From NCBI RefSeq assembly GCF_044324785.1, contig NZ_CP172127.1: a stretch of 64,000 nt of DNA. One strand, given 5' to 3'. The translations under genes and the position numbers were made by a program. The notes beneath the pieces were generated by a model that worked only from the letters and a program-made list of their open reading frames with translations, had not been told where the DNA came from and ran no database searches. Shown in pieces: positions 12,576 through 26,131 of this stretch; position 1 is the stretch's first letter; each line of letters opens with the position of its first letter. This stretch comes from Escherichia coli (GTDB lineage: Bacteria > Pseudomonadota > Gammaproteobacteria > Enterobacterales > Enterobacteriaceae).

Positions 12576-13118
12576 ATGGAACAGCGTCGTTTGGCAAGTA
12601 CTGAATGGGTGGATATTGTCAATGAAGAGAACGAAGTCATTGCACAAGCCAGCCGGGAACAAATGCGGGCACAGTGTCTGCGTCATCGTGCAACTTACAT
12701 CGTCGTGCATGATGGCATGGGCAAAATTCTGGTCCAGCGTCGTACCGAGACAAAAGACTTTTTACCCGGCATGTTAGATGCGACCGCAGGCGGTGTAGTC
12801 CAGGCCGATGAGCAACTGCTGGAATCCGCGCGTCGCGAAGCGGAAGAAGAGTTGGGCATTGCCGGCGTCCCCTTTGCCGAGCACGGGCAGTTCTATTTCG
12901 AAGATAAAAATTGCCGAGTCTGGGGCGCGTTGTTCAGTTGCGTCTCTCACGGTCCCTTCGCCCTACAGGAAGATGAAGTCAGTGAAGTTTGCTGGCTGAC
13001 GCCGGAAGAAATCACCGCACGCTGCGATGAGTTCACTCCAGACTCGCTGAAAGCGCTGGCGTTGTGGATGAAGCGCAATGCCAAAAATGAAGCCGTAGAG
13101 ACTGAAACGGCAGAATGA
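12576..13118 (+). CDS. yfcD: Nudix hydrolase YfcD
   Basis: 180 aa; Nudix box-like segment [13 protein letters not shown]. Confidence 0.88.
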
Positions 13119-13152
13119 AAAAAGAGCCGCAATTGCGGCTCTTAACATTTTT
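13118..13152. terminator. bidirectional terminator hairpin between convergent yfcD and yfcC
   Basis: AGAGCCGC-AATT-GCGGCTCT perfect hairpin flanked by an A-run (5') and a T-rich tract (3'); gives a U-tract on the minus strand for yfcC and a T-rich tail on the plus strand for yfcD. Confidence 0.7.
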
Positions 13153-14671
13153 AGTGGTAGCCCATCAACTGAGCGCCGATCACTACGACGCTGGACATAA
13201 TAAACAGCAGTCCAAGCAGGGTCGCGCCCACCTTCAGCCAGTTACGGAAGTCCACCCGGCACACACCGAGCGTCGCCATTAACGAAGCTGAGGTTGGGTA
13301 AATGATGTGACTGAAGCCATCACCAAACTGGAACGCCAGCACGGTAACCTGACGGTTAACACCGACCAGATCGCCAAGCGGTGCCAGTAACGGCATGGTT
13401 AACGCCGCCTGACCAGAACCAGACGTCACGAAGAAATTAAATACCGCCTGGAAGAGCAACATAAACCAGGCCGCGACCGCGTTGTCCAGACCGCTAATGG
13501 CATTGGCAATGCTGTTGAGGATGGTATTTAACACGCTGGCATCACCCGCTTCACCATTACCGACCAGCAGCAAAATCCCTTTGGCGAAACCCACCAGCAG
13601 GGCAGGGGCGATCATCATTCGCGCCCCTTCGGTAAAGGATGAAGCCATGGTATTAACCGTCATGCCGTTAAGGCGGAAAACAACGCCGATGATGCCAATC
13701 ACCAGACCCATGGTGAAGAACTGGCTGGCAATTTCAGGAATAAACCAGGCATTAACGATCACGCCCCAAATCACCCAGACCATTACGGCGGTCAGGACAA
13801 TTAATACCAGCCAGTCACCAAAGGTAAACGGACGTTGTTCAACATCCGCCTGCTTTTCACGAAAGAAGCGGTCGGACTCATGCACGCGTGACAGAAGAGG
13901 ATTCTTTTTCACACGTGAGGCGTACACCATGGTAAAGATCAGGCCAATCAGAGTGGCGATAACCCACACCACGATGCGCAACCCGGAGCCAGAAAGCACC
14001 GGAACGCCGGCAATCCCCTGAGCAACGACCACACAAAACGGGTTCATCCACGAACTGGCAAAACCGATTTGCGTGGCGATATAGGTCACCAGGACGGTGG
14101 TAATACTGTCATAGCCCAGCCGGACCATTAGCGGTGCGATGATAATGGCAAAGGCGACGGCCTCTTCTCCCATACCAAATACCGCGCCGCCAAGTGAAAA
14201 CAGAATAAAGAGCGCAGGAATAAAGAGAATTTCATTCCCGCGGGTATGGCGAATAAGCGCCAGGATACCGTTATCAATGGTTCCTGTACGCATCACAATG
14301 CCAAACGCGCCGCCAATCACCAGCATAAACATGATGATGCCAACGGCTGTCCCGTATTTCGATCCTGAGGTTAACCCTTCAAACGGGAAGTTCATCAGGC
14401 CCGGGCGTTCATCGCCCGTCGTGAACAGCTGTACGCGGTGATACTCTGGTTCGCCTGCTTCGTTAGTCAGAATGCGAAATGAGTGTGGATCTACGACTTT
14501 GCGTGTTTTTGTTTGACCATCAACCTGATACTGCACTTCCTGACTGTCAAACATGCCCACCGGAACTACCCAGGTGGCAAGACTGGTTAAAATAGCAACA
14601 AAAAAGATAATCACCAACGTATCGGGCATTGCCCATCTTCTGGTTGGTTTGGATTCAGTGATTGCGGACAT
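13151..14671 (-). CDS. yfcC: putative inner membrane transporter YfcC (C4-dicarboxylate anaerobic carrier-like)
   Basis: Track ORF 13151..14692; start placed at the internal Met giving 506 aa beginning MSAITESKPTRRWAMPDTLVIIFF; highly hydrophobic polytopic protein. Confidence 0.85.
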   Translation of the reverse strand: MSAITESKPTRRWAMPDTLVIIFFVAILTSLATWVVPVGMFDSQEVQYQVDGQTKTRKVVDPHSFRILTNEAGEPEYHRVQLFTTGDERPGLMNFPFEGLTSGSKYGTAVGIIMFMLVIGGAFGIVMRTGTIDNGILALIRHTRGNEILFIPALFILFSLGGAVFGMGEEAVAFAIIIAPLMVRLGYDSITTVLVTYIATQIGFASSWMNPFCVVVAQGIAGVPVLSGSGLRIVVWVIATLIGLIFTMVYASRVKKNPLLSRVHESDRFFREKQADVEQRPFTFGDWLVLIVLTAVMVWVIWGVIVNAWFIPEIASQFFTMGLVIGIIGVVFRLNGMTVNTMASSFTEGARMMIAPALLVGFAKGILLLVGNGEAGDASVLNTILNSIANAISGLDNAVAAWFMLLFQAVFNFFVTSGSGQAALTMPLLAPLGDLVGVNRQVTVLAFQFGDGFSHIIYPTSASLMATLGVCRVDFRNWLKVGATLLGLLFIMSSVVVIGAQLMGYH

Positions 14672-14791
14672 AGCGCAAATATTCCCTTGCACAAAACAAA
14701 GTGGTAAGTATGCAAAGTGAGATGGCGCAATTCATTGATGCAGCGCAGTTAAGCAAGATAATCAGAAAGGATTAATGCAAATTAATAGAAT

Positions 14792-14850
14792 AAAAAACCG
14801 GAAATAGTCACTATTTCCGGTTCCGATATCCGCAGCGCAAAGCTGCGGAT
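14792..14850 (-). terminator. pta terminator region (two hairpins)
   Basis: Minus-strand CCGGAAATAG-TGA-CTATTTCCGG followed by TTTTTT (plus 14792-14820), plus a second perfect palindrome ATCCGCAGC-GCAAA-GCTGCGGAT at 14828-14850 just after the pta stop. Confidence 0.7.
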
Positions 14851-14860
14851 GATGACGAGA

Positions 14861-17005
14861 TTACTGCTGCTGTGCAGACTGAATCGCAGTCAGCGCGATG
14901 GTGTAGACGATATCGTCAACCAGTGCGCCACGGGACAGGTCGTTAACCGGCTTGCGCATACCCTGCAGCATCGGCCCGATGGAGATCAGGTCGGCAGAAC
15001 GCTGTACCGCTTTGTAGGTGGTGTTACCGGTGTTCAGATCCGGGAAGATGAACACGGTAGCGCGACCTGCAACCGGAGAGTTCGGCGCTTTGGATTTCGC
15101 AACGTCAGCCATTACCGCAGCGTCGTACTGCAGCGGACCGTCGATCATCAGGTCAGGACGTTTTTCCTGCGCCAGACGAGTTGCTTCGCGAACTTTTTCT
15201 ACGTCGCTACCAGCACCAGAAGTACCGGTGGAGTAGGAGAGCATAGCAACGCGCGGTTCGATACCGAAGGCCGCAGCGGAATCAGCGGACTGAATCGCGA
15301 TTTCTGCCAGCTGTTCTGCGGTCGGATCCGGGTTGATCGCACAGTCACCGTAAACGTAAACCTGTTCTGGCAGCAGCATGAAGAACACGGAAGATACCAG
15401 GGAGCTGCCCGGAGCCGTTTTGATCAGCTGCAGCGGCGGACGGATGGTGTTTGCGGTGGTGTGAACAGCACCGGAAACCAGACCATCAACTTCGTCCTGT
15501 TCCAGCATCAGCGTACCGAGAACCACGTTGTCTTCCAGCTGTTCGCGGGCAACGGTTTCGGTCATGCCTTTGTTCTTACGCAGCTCGACCAGACGACCAA
15601 CATAGCTTTCGCGAACCACTTCTGGATCAACGATTTCAATGCCTGCACCCAGTTCTACACCCTGAGACGCTGCAACACGGTTGATCTCTGCCGGATTACC
15701 CAGCAGTACGCAAGTTGCGATACCACGTTCAGCACAGATAGCAGCTGCCTTAACGGTACGCGGTTCGTCACCTTCCGGCAGAACGATACGTTTGCCCGCT
15801 TTGCGCGCAAGTTCAGTCAGCTGATAACGGAACGCTGGCGGAGACAGACGACGGCTGCGCTCAGAAGTGGCAGTCAGAGAATCGATCCAGTCAGCGTTGA
15901 TGTAGTTAGCAACGTATTCCTGAACTTTCTCGATACGCTCGTGATCGTCAACCGGAACTTCCAGGTTGAAGCTCTGCAGGCTCAGAGAAGTCTGCCAGGT
16001 GTTGGTGTTCACCATAAATACCGGCAGGCCGGTAGCGAAAGCACGTTCGCACAGTTTAGAAATGCGCGCGTCCATTTCGTAGCCGCCAGTCAGCAGCAGG
16101 GCACCGATTTCTACGCCGTTCATGGCAGCCAGGCAAGCGGCAACCAGCACGTCAGGACGGTCTGCGGAAGTCACCAGCAGAGAACCGGCACGGAAGTGCT
16201 CCAGCATGTGTGGAATGCTGCGTGCGCAGAAAGTGACGGATTTAACGCGGCGAGTATTGATGTCGCCTTCGTTGATGATGGTCGCATTCAGGTGGCGAGC
16301 CATATCGATCGCACGAGTCGCGATCAGGTCAAAGCTCCACGGCACCGCGCCGAGAACCGGCAGTGGGCTGGATTCTTGCAGCTTCGCCGGATCAACATTG
16401 TTTACTTTAGCTTTGGAAGAGTCGTCGAAAATCTCGGACAGATCCGGGCGAGTACGGCCCTGTTCATCAACCGGTGCATTCAGTTTGTTAACGATAACGC
16501 CGGTGATGTTGGTGTTTTTGGCACCGCCGAAGCTGTTGCGGGTCAGTTCGATACGCTCTTTCAGCTGTTCCGGGGTGTCAGTGCCCTGAGACATAACGAA
16601 GACGATTTCCGCATTCAGCGTTTTAGCGATTTCGTAGTTCAGAGACTGGGCAAACTGGTGCTTACGTGTCGGGACCAGACCTTCAACCAGAACGACTTCA
16701 GCGTCTTTGGTGTTAGCGTGGTAGTTTGCGACGATCTCTTCCATCAGCACATCTTTCTGATTGCTGGAAAGCAGACCTTCAACGTAGCTCATTTTCAGCG
16801 GTTCAGCGGCCGTCGTGGTGGAAGAGTTCGCACGTACGATAGTCGTAGTCTGATCGGGCGCATCGCCACCGGTACGCGGCTGAGCGATAGGTTTGAAAAC
16901 GCTCAGACGAACGCCTTTGCGTTCCATTGCACGGATCACGCCAAGGCTGACGCTGGTCAGACCGACGCTGGTTCCGGTAGGGATCAGCATAATAATACGG
17001 GACAC
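14861..17005 (-). CDS. pta: phosphate acetyltransferase
   Basis: 714 aa starting [32 protein letters not shown]; immediately downstream of ackA in the ackA-pta operon. Confidence 0.97.
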   Translation of the reverse strand: MSRIIMLIPTGTSVGLTSVSLGVIRAMERKGVRLSVFKPIAQPRTGGDAPDQTTTIVRANSSTTTAAEPLKMSYVEGLLSSNQKDVLMEEIVANYHANTKDAEVVLVEGLVPTRKHQFAQSLNYEIAKTLNAEIVFVMSQGTDTPEQLKERIELTRNSFGGAKNTNITGVIVNKLNAPVDEQGRTRPDLSEIFDDSSKAKVNNVDPAKLQESSPLPVLGAVPWSFDLIATRAIDMARHLNATIINEGDINTRRVKSVTFCARSIPHMLEHFRAGSLLVTSADRPDVLVAACLAAMNGVEIGALLLTGGYEMDARISKLCERAFATGLPVFMVNTNTWQTSLSLQSFNLEVPVDDHERIEKVQEYVANYINADWIDSLTATSERSRRLSPPAFRYQLTELARKAGKRIVLPEGDEPRTVKAAAICAERGIATCVLLGNPAEINRVAASQGVELGAGIEIVDPEVVRESYVGRLVELRKNKGMTETVAREQLEDNVVLGTLMLEQDEVDGLVSGAVHTTANTIRPPLQLIKTAPGSSLVSSVFFMLLPEQVYVYGDCAINPDPTAEQLAEIAIQSADSAAAFGIEPRVAMLSYSTGTSGAGSDVEKVREATRLAQEKRPDLMIDGPLQYDAAVMADVAKSKAPNSPVAGRATVFIFPDLNTGNTTYKAVQRSADLISIGPMLQGMRKPVNDLSRGALVDDIVYTIALTAIQSAQQQ

Positions 17006-17079
17006 GGTTTATCCTCTTTCGTTACCGCCGATTTGGCGGGTTACAAAACAGCACCGCCAGCTGAGCTGGCGGTGTGAAA

Positions 17080-18282
17080 TCAGGCAGTCAGGCGGCTCGC
17101 GTCTTGCGCGATAACCAGTTCTTCGTTGGTTGGGATAACCACCGCAGGACGGGTACCTTCTTTGTTGATGAAACCAGATTTGCCGAAACGTGCAGCCAGG
17201 TTGCGTTCATGATCAACTTCAAAGCCCAGCACGCCCAGTTTGCCCAGAGACAGTTCACGAACCATCGCGGCATTTTCACCGATACCACCGGTGAATACAA
17301 CAGCGTCCAGACGACCATCCATCAGCGCAGTGTAGGCACCGATGTATTTCGCCAGGCGGTGGCAGTAAACGTCCATTGCGCGCTTCGCGTCTTCTTTCGT
17401 CGCGTAGTTGTCTTCAACATAGCGGCAGTCGCTGGTCACTTCGGTCAGACCCAGCAGGCCAGACTCTTTGGTCAGCAGTTTGTTGATTGCGTCAACGCTC
17501 ATGCCCAGGGTGTCGTGCAGGTGGAAGATGATCGCCGGATCGATATCACCAGAACGGGTACCCATGACCAGACCTTCCAGCGGGGTCAGGCCCATAGAGG
17601 TGTCAACGCATTTACCGTTGCGGATAGCAGAAACGGAACCACCGTTGCCCAGGTGGCAGGTGATGATGTTCAGTTCTTCTACCGGTTTGTTCAGCATTTT
17701 TGCCGCTTCCTGGGTTACATAGAAGTGGCTGGTGCCGTGCGCGCCGTAACGACGGATGCCGTGCTCTTTGTACAGGTTGTACGGCAGGGCGTAGAGGTAA
17801 GACTCTTCCGGCATAGTCTGGTGGAACGCGGTGTCAAATACAGCAACGTTTTTGTCTTTCAGCTGTGGGAAAGATTTCAGAGCTTCTTCGATACCGATCA
17901 GGTGAGCCGGGTTGTGCAGCGGTGCAAAAGAAGCTGCATCTTTGATACCCTGAATAACAGACTCATCGATCACTACGGAGCTGGTATACTTTTCGCCGCC
18001 GTGTACGATACGGTGACCGATAGCAGTCAGCTGCGCAGACAGTTCTGGTTTTTGTGCCAGAATAGTATTAACGATAAAGTTGAGCGCTTCGCTGTGAGCG
18101 GCGCCTGCACCTAAAGCCGCTTCCTGTTTATTGCCGTCCATTTTCCATTTGATACGTGCTTCGGGCAGGTGGAAACATTCGGCTAAACCAGAAAGGTACT
18201 CTTCACCATTTACTGCATCGATGATTGCAAATTTCAGTGAAGAACTACCGCAGTTCAGAACCAGTACTAACTTACTCGACAT
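17080..18282 (-). CDS. ackA: acetate kinase
   Basis: 400 aa starting [23 protein letters not shown] (acetokinase family N-terminal motif). Confidence 0.97.
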   Translation of the reverse strand: MSSKLVLVLNCGSSSLKFAIIDAVNGEEYLSGLAECFHLPEARIKWKMDGNKQEAALGAGAAHSEALNFIVNTILAQKPELSAQLTAIGHRIVHGGEKYTSSVVIDESVIQGIKDAASFAPLHNPAHLIGIEEALKSFPQLKDKNVAVFDTAFHQTMPEESYLYALPYNLYKEHGIRRYGAHGTSHFYVTQEAAKMLNKPVEELNIITCHLGNGGSVSAIRNGKCVDTSMGLTPLEGLVMGTRSGDIDPAIIFHLHDTLGMSVDAINKLLTKESGLLGLTEVTSDCRYVEDNYATKEDAKRAMDVYCHRLAKYIGAYTALMDGRLDAVVFTGGIGENAAMVRELSLGKLGVLGFEVDHERNLAARFGKSGFINKEGTRPAVVIPTNEELVIAQDASRLTA

Positions 18283-18619
18283 GGAAGTACCTATAATTGA
18301 TACGTGGCTAAAAAAACGTCAGGGAGCCATAGAGCGTAGCGCATGATGACACCGACATTTATGATTAACATCATGCACTGCAAATTTTTTTTGCATGATG
18401 GAAGAAATATCTTGAGTCTATGCCATTTTGCGTAATTTTCAGCCAATGGCATAATGTATATGAATTTGACGACTCAATAAATATGTACTACTTAGGCCTT
18501 CAGGCTGCTAAAGGATACCTGATAGTGGGTATGGAAGACAAAATGTTTTGAACGTTGTCCCGCTGAGTTGTGAATTTGCACAAATTTTTGAATCTTTATA
18601 TGTGAAGTTGAGGTGAAGC

Positions 18620-19075
18620 ATGTCAACGCCGGATAATCGTTCTGTTAATTTTTTTAGCTTGTTTCGCCGGGGACAGCATTACTCAAAGACGTGGCCGCTG
18701 GAAAAACGCCTTGCCCCGGTCTTTGTCGAAAATCGCGTTATCAAGATGACGCGTTATGCGATCCGTTTTATGCCGCCGATCGCCGTATTTACTCTCTGCT
18801 GGCAGATTGCCCTGGGCGGTCAGCTTGGGCCGGCAGTTGCCACTGCGCTGTTCGCCTTAAGTTTACCCATGCAGGGATTGTGGTGGCTGGGCAAACGTTC
18901 TGTAACGCCATTACCCCCTGCAATCCTTAACTGGTTTTATGAAGTTCGCGGTAAATTGCAGGAGTCTGGACAGGTGTTGGCACCCGTTGAAGGCAAGCCT
19001 GATTACCAGGCATTAGCTGACACGCTTAAGCGCGCCTTCAAACAACTGGATAAAACTTTCCTTGATGATTTGTAA
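18620..19075 (+). CDS. yfbV: UPF0208-type inner membrane protein YfbV
   Basis: 151 aa; two hydrophobic segments; divergent from ackA. Confidence 0.85.
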
Positions 19076-19079
19076 TTGA

Positions 19080-19652
<573 letters not shown>

Positions 19653-19662
19653 GGAGGCCCGC

Positions 19663-20313
19663 GTGCGGTGCAAAGGTTTTCTGTTTGATCTTGATGGAAC
19701 GCTGGTGGATTCCCTGCCTGCGGTAGAGCGGGCGTGGAGCAACTGGGCCAGACGTCATGGGTTAGCGCCGGAAGAGGTGCTGGCTTTCATTCACGGTAAA
19801 CAGGCGATCACCTCTCTGCGCCATTTTATGGCGGGCAAATCCGGGGCTGATATTGCCGCCGAGTTTACGCGTCTTGAGCAAATCGAGGCCACGGAAACCG
19901 AGGGTATTACCGCGCTTCCGGGGGCAATCGCCTTACTCAATCATTTGAATAAAGCAGGTATTCCGTGGGCCATTGTGACTTCTGGCTCCATGCCGGTAGC
20001 GCGAGCGCGCCATAAAGTAGCTGGGCTTCCCGCACCAGAGGTGTTTGTAACCGCTGAGCGAGTGAAGCGCGGAAAACCAGAACCTGATGCGTATCTGTTA
20101 GGCGCGCAGCTGCTGGGGCTTGCGCCGCAGGAGTGTGTGGTGGTGGAAGATGCTCCCGCTGGCGTGCTTTCAGGCCTGGCGGCGGGTTGCCATGTCATTG
20201 CGGTTAACGCTCCGGCAGATACCCCGCGCCTGAATGAGGTCGATTTAGTCCTCCACAGTCTTGAGCAAATTACTGTGACCAAACAGCCAAATGGCGATGT
20301 TATTATTCAGTGA
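19663..20313 (+). CDS. yfbT: HAD-family sugar/hexitol phosphatase YfbT (HxpA)
   Basis: GTG start; 216 aa; HAD motif I FLFDLDGTLVDS near N-terminus. Confidence 0.9.
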   Translation: MRCKGFLFDLDGTLVDSLPAVERAWSNWARRHGLAPEEVLAFIHGKQAITSLRHFMAGKSGADIAAEFTRLEQIEATETEGITALPGAIALLNHLNKAGIPWAIVTSGSMPVARARHKVAGLPAPEVFVTAERVKRGKPEPDAYLLGAQLLGLAPQECVVVEDAPAGVLSGLAAGCHVIAVNAPADTPRLNEVDLVLHSLEQITVTKQPNGDVIIQ

Positions 20314-20331
20314 AACACCTGATCATGATTT

Positions 20332-20356
20332 AGCCCCGTCTCGTCGGGGCTTTTTT
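20332..20356 (+). terminator. intrinsic terminator downstream of yfbT
   Basis: AGCCCCG-TCTCGT-CGGGGCT followed by TTTTT. Confidence 0.8.
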
Positions 20357-20399
20357 ATGGCAGAATCAAGTCATCCCCCTCAATTAACAAGGATAAGTT

Positions 20400-22232
20400 G
20401 TGAACGGTGAATTGATTTGGGTTCTTTCATTACTGGCCGTTGCCATCGTCTTGTTTGCGACGGGCAGAGTGCGTATGGATGCGGTCGCTTTGTTTGTTAT
20501 TGTCGCGTTTGCATTAAGCGGAACGCTGACGGTCCCCGAAGTATTTTCCGGCTTTTCCGATCCTAACGTTGTCCTGATTGCCGCCTTGTTTATTATTGGC
20601 GATGGTTTGGTCCGTACCGGTGTTGCCACTGTAATGGGGACATGGCTGGTCAAAGTGGCGGGCAACAGTGAAATCAAAATGTTGGTTTTGTTGATGCTGA
20701 CCGTCGCGGGGCTTGGCGCGTTTATGAGTTCAACCGGCGTTGTCGCTATCTTTATTCCCGTGGTGTTAAGCGTTGCCATGCGTATGCAAACGTCGCCGTC
20801 GCGTCTGATGATGCCGTTAAGTTTTGCCGGGCTGATAAGCGGCATGATGACGCTGGTGGCGACGCCGCCGAACCTGGTAGTCAACAGTGAATTGCTGCGT
20901 GAAGGCTATCACGGCTTCAGTTTCTTTAGCGTAACACCTATTGGCCTGGTCGTGCTGGTGCTGGGTATTTTGTATATGTTAGTGATGCGTTTCATGCTGA
21001 AAGGGGATACCCAGACCCCGCAGCGCGAAGGCTGGACGCGTCGAACCTTTCGCGATCTTATCCGTGAATATCGACTGACCGGGCGTGCGCGTCGTCTGGC
21101 TATTCGCCCCGGTTCGCCAATGATTGGTCAACGGCTGGACGATCTCAAACTACGTGAGCGTTATGGCGCTAACGTCATCGGTGTTGAACGCTGGCGGCGT
21201 TTTCGTCGCGTTATCGTGAATGTTAACGGGGTTTCTGAATTTCGCGCGCGTGACGTTTTGCTTATTGATATGTCTGCGGCTGATGTCGATCTCCGGCAAT
21301 TTTGTAGTGAGCAGTTGCTGGAGCCGATGGTACTACGCGGCGAGTATTTTTCTGACCAGGCACTTGATGTGGGCATGGCAGAGATTTCATTAATTCCTGA
21401 GTCTGAACTTATTGGTAAATCGGTGCGCGAAATTGGTTTTCGTACCCGCTACGGACTGAATGTGGTGGGGCTAAAGCGCAATGGCGTGGCGCTGGAAGGT
21501 TCGCTGGCGGATGAGCCTCTGCTGCTGGGCGATATCATCCTGGTTGTGGGTAACTGGAAACTGATCGGTATGCTGGCAAAACAGGGGCGTGACTTTGTGG
21601 CGCTGAACTTACCAGAAGAAGTGAGTGAAGCATCGCCAGCACACAGTCAGGCACCTCATGCCATTTTTTGCCTGGTGTTGATGGTGGCGTTAATGCTTAC
21701 CGATGAAATCCCTAATCCTGTTGCCGCTATCATCGCCTGCCTGCTGATGGGGAAATTCCGCTGTATCGATGCTGAAAGCGCCTATAAATCCATTCACTGG
21801 CCGAGCATTATTTTGATCGTTGGGATGATGCCGTTTGCTGTGGCATTACAGAAAACGGGAGGTGTCGCGCTGGCGGTGAAAGGGCTGATGGACATTGGCG
21901 GCGGTTACGGGCCACATATGATGCTGGGTTGTTTGTTTGTCTTGTCGGCGGTTATTGGGCTATTTATCTCTAATACCGCAACGGCGGTGTTGATGGCTCC
22001 GATTGCGCTGGCTGCTGCCAAAACGATGGGTGTGTCGCCTTATCCATTTGCGATGGTCGTGGCGATGGCAGCATCCGCCGCCTTTATGACACCGGTTTCT
22101 TCACCGGTTAACACACTGGTTTTAGGCCCGGGAAATTACAGCTTCAGTGACTTTGTGAAGTTGGGGGTACCGTTCACCATTATCGTGATGGCGGTTTGTG
22201 TGGTGATGATCCCGATGCTGTTTCCGTTTTGA
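20400..22232 (+). CDS. yfbS: putative anion transporter YfbS (SLC13/DASS-type permease with TrkA-C domains)
   Basis: 610 aa; hydrophobic N- and C-terminal halves separated by a soluble central region. Confidence 0.88.
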
Positions 22233-22237
22233 CAAGA

Positions 22238-22290
22238 GCCTGATGTCGCATCCGGCGCTTATTGCCTGATGCGACGCAGACTCCGGCTGC
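22238..22290. repeat. REP-type palindromic element between yfbS and yfbR
   Basis: GCCTGATGTCGCATCCGGCGCTTATTGCCTGATGCGACGCAGACTCCGGC contains REP-like GCCTGATGCGACGC units. Confidence 0.65.
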
Positions 22291-22890
22291 TTACAGCGGT
22301 GAATCCTGGCTAATCTCATCGAGCGAAAGATGGAAGCTGGGAACAAAGACTTCCATGAAGTAGTCCATCTCCTGGCTGCGGCGCGCTTCAAGCGTCGCTT
22401 CCAGTCGCGTTTTTGCCAGCAAGAATTCATTATTTCCCGCCGCGAGTTCTTCCAGACATTTCAGATATGCACACAGTGCATCTGCCTGTTTCACCAGCGA
22501 TTTCTCTTCATCGCTATATGCATGCTCGTCAATTAACGGCGCAAAGATATCCCGCAGCTCTTCCGGAACCATATCGACCAGTTTTTGCTGAGCGATTTTT
22601 TCAATCGCCTTGTACTCCTGAGCGATTTGCGAATTGAAGTATTTCACCGGAGTAGGGAGATCGCCGGTGAGCACTTCTGAGGCATCGTGGTACATCGCCA
22701 GTAAAGCGATACGTTCGGCGTTGACATTACCGCCAAATTTCCGATTTTTGATAGCTGCCAGCGCATGGGCGACCATCGCTACCTGCAAACTGTGTTCGGA
22801 CACATTTTCAGTCCGCACGTTGCGCATCAGCGGCCAGCGGTTAATGAGTTTCAGGCGGGAGAGATGGGCAAAAAAATGGCTCTGTTTCAT
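22291..22890 (-). CDS. yfbR: 5'-deoxynucleotidase YfbR (HD domain)
   Basis: 199 aa starting [45 protein letters not shown] (HD motif). Confidence 0.92.
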
Positions 22891-22937
22891 AGTGACCTTA
22901 CGTATGATGACATCATCAGGTCATTGTGGCGGGATAA

Positions 22938-22964
22938 CACTGCCGGATGCAATCTCCGGCAGTG
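22938..22964 (-). other. perfect 10-bp inverted repeat (stem-loop) between alaA stop and yfbR start
   Basis: CACTGCCGGA-TGCAATC-TCCGGCAGTG; no adjacent U-tract, so likely an intercistronic RNA structure or protein-binding palindrome rather than a canonical intrinsic terminator. Confidence 0.55.
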
Positions 22965-22973
22965 AAATTAAGA

Positions 22974-24191
22974 TTACAGCTGATGATAACCAGAAAGGAA
23001 ACGCGCGAACTTGCTCAAAGACAGCTCGATATCATCGACACGCGGTAGCGTGACAATGCGGAAGTGATCCGGCCACGGCCAGTTGAATGCCGTCCCTTGC
23101 ACCAACAGAACTTTTTCCTGCAACAGGAAATCCAGCACCATTTTCTGATCGTCGTGAATATTAAAGCGTTTGGCGTCGATTTTCGGGAACATGTACAGCG
23201 CACCACGAGGTTTCACGCAGGAAACGCCCGGAATATCATTGATCAATTCCCATGCGCGGTTACGCTGCTCATAAAGACGACCGCCAGGGGTAATAAATTC
23301 ACTGATGCTCTGATAACCGCCTAGTGCAGTCTGAATGGCGTGTTGCGCAGGAACGTTAGCACACAGGCGCATTGAGGCCAGCATTTCCAGACCTTCGATG
23401 TAACCTTTGGCGTGTTTTTTCGGCCCGTTCAACACCATCCACCCCTGACGGAAGCCAGCAACGCGGTACGTTTTCGACAGTCCGTTAAAGGTAATGGTCA
23501 GCAGATCAGGTGCCAGCGGCGCAATTGAGTGATGCTCAGCGTCGTCGTAGAGAATTTTGTCATAAATTTCATCGGCGAAGATAATGAGATTATGCTGACG
23601 TGCAATCTCCACTATCTCCATTAACAGCTCTTTGGAATATACCGCGCCGGTTGGGTTATTTGGATTGATAATAACGATCCCACGCGTACGAGGCGTAATT
23701 TTAGCGCGAATATCATCAAGGTCCGGGAACCAGTCAGAGGATTCATCGCAAAGATAATGCACCGCTTTACCGCTGGAGAGCGAAACCGCCGCGGTCCATA
23801 GTGGGTAATCAGGTGCAGGAACCAACATTTCGTCCCCGCTGTTCAGCAATGCCTGCATTGCCTGAACGATAAGCTCCGATACACCATTGCCGATGTAAAT
23901 ATCTTCCACGGTAACATCACGCATGCCACGAGCCTGGTAGTGCTGCATGATGGCTTTACGCGCGGAGTAAAGCCCTTTGGAATCGCAATACCCTTGAGCG
24001 GTAGGCAGGTTGCGAATCACGTCAACGAGGATTTCATCTGGCGCGTCAAAACCGAATGGTGCAGGATTGCCGATGTTCAGTTTCAGTACCTTGTTACCTT
24101 CTTCTTCCAGGCGTTTTGCTTCTTTCAGCACCGGACCACGGATGTCGTAACAGACATTCTCTAATTTGCTGGATTTTTCAATGGGGGACAT
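22974..24191 (-). CDS. alaA: glutamate-pyruvate aminotransferase AlaA
   Basis: 405 aa starting MSPIEKSSKLENVCYDIRGPV; fold-type I PLP aminotransferase. Confidence 0.93.
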   Translation of the reverse strand: MSPIEKSSKLENVCYDIRGPVLKEAKRLEEEGNKVLKLNIGNPAPFGFDAPDEILVDVIRNLPTAQGYCDSKGLYSARKAIMQHYQARGMRDVTVEDIYIGNGVSELIVQAMQALLNSGDEMLVPAPDYPLWTAAVSLSSGKAVHYLCDESSDWFPDLDDIRAKITPRTRGIVIINPNNPTGAVYSKELLMEIVEIARQHNLIIFADEIYDKILYDDAEHHSIAPLAPDLLTITFNGLSKTYRVAGFRQGWMVLNGPKKHAKGYIEGLEMLASMRLCANVPAQHAIQTALGGYQSISEFITPGGRLYEQRNRAWELINDIPGVSCVKPRGALYMFPKIDAKRFNIHDDQKMVLDFLLQEKVLLVQGTAFNWPWPDHFRIVTLPRVDDIELSLSKFARFLSGYHQL

Positions 24192-25107
24192 GAATCTTGA
24201 CCTTTTTTGCTGTTATCGCCACTCCCTGCCGTGGAAGTCAGCTTAGAACAATGTACTCCCCCAGGACGGCGTTTTGAAGGTCTGCAGAATAAGATTTTGC
24301 CAGAGGGGAAGGCTTGATTGTGCTGCTAATAACTTAATAATGGCAAAATAATGAGGTGTATATGCTTAATAATTAATGTTATGTAGTGAATTATTCTGAT
24401 TCTTAATTGTGAGTGTGGTTTTTTTATCTGTAAGATAATTGTTTGAAAATGCCTCGTTTAAGAATTCACTAATGAATCGTGATGATGATATTTCCGCATT
24501 ACGGAGAGTTTAACAGCGTGATGATTTCCGAGGTGTCGTAATGGGTGCAAGGTGTGAAACTATTGTTAAGCGGGATTAATGAATGAGGATGATGCTAATT
24601 AATTATTATTTAATATTCAAAAAGGTTTTGTTGTGCTTATTAATAATAGAAGATTACTTTGCCTAACATAACATAACTTTGCATCAGATAATTCGCAATG
24701 ACCCTTATAAATAAAAGGTTTTTGGGGTAAAATGCTCGCATAAATGACGGATCCCTGCTCTTGATGCCGCCTCACCATTGCTGTTTGTACGTGTTCGCGT
24801 ATGACCAGCGATGCTGCACGAGAGTGGAACAAGGACTCACATTTACATTTATACAAACACGCGCATGTCATAAATACAAAAGAGTGAGTAACTTAATAGA
24901 TATGCGATTCCTGAAGATATATTCTGTGATCTACTTCAGGCATTATAACGGAACAATGTGAGTCGCTTTTTTAGTGCAACTCATATGCATTTTTACTTTC
25001 GTCCGGGTTCCGGATGAAACTGCCAGGGAGGCACATTACAAATGGAATTGCTTGTTTGTGTGTGCACAGCATTAACCAGCTCAGTATGAGCCGCCAGTAA
25101 GTGATAA

Positions 25108-26049
<942 letters not shown>

Positions 26050-26092
26050 TCGACGGACCATAGATAATTTCTGAGACAATAGTGTAAAAACG

Positions 26093-26131
26093 AGCCGCTG
26101 GGGGTGTTTTAAACCCCAGCGGCTTTTTTTT
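26093..26131 (+). terminator. intrinsic terminator downstream of lrhA
   Basis: AGCCGCTGGGG...CCCCAGCGGCT 11-bp stem followed by a run of eight T. Confidence 0.85.

Noticed and set aside
14849-17077. 742-aa ORF on the plus strand
   Set aside because: Lies entirely antisense to pta; Arg/Gly/Thr/Val-rich low-complexity translation typical of the reverse frame of a GC-rich gene; no independent support
17074-18114. 346-aa ORF on the plus strand
   Set aside because: Antisense to ackA; shadow ORF
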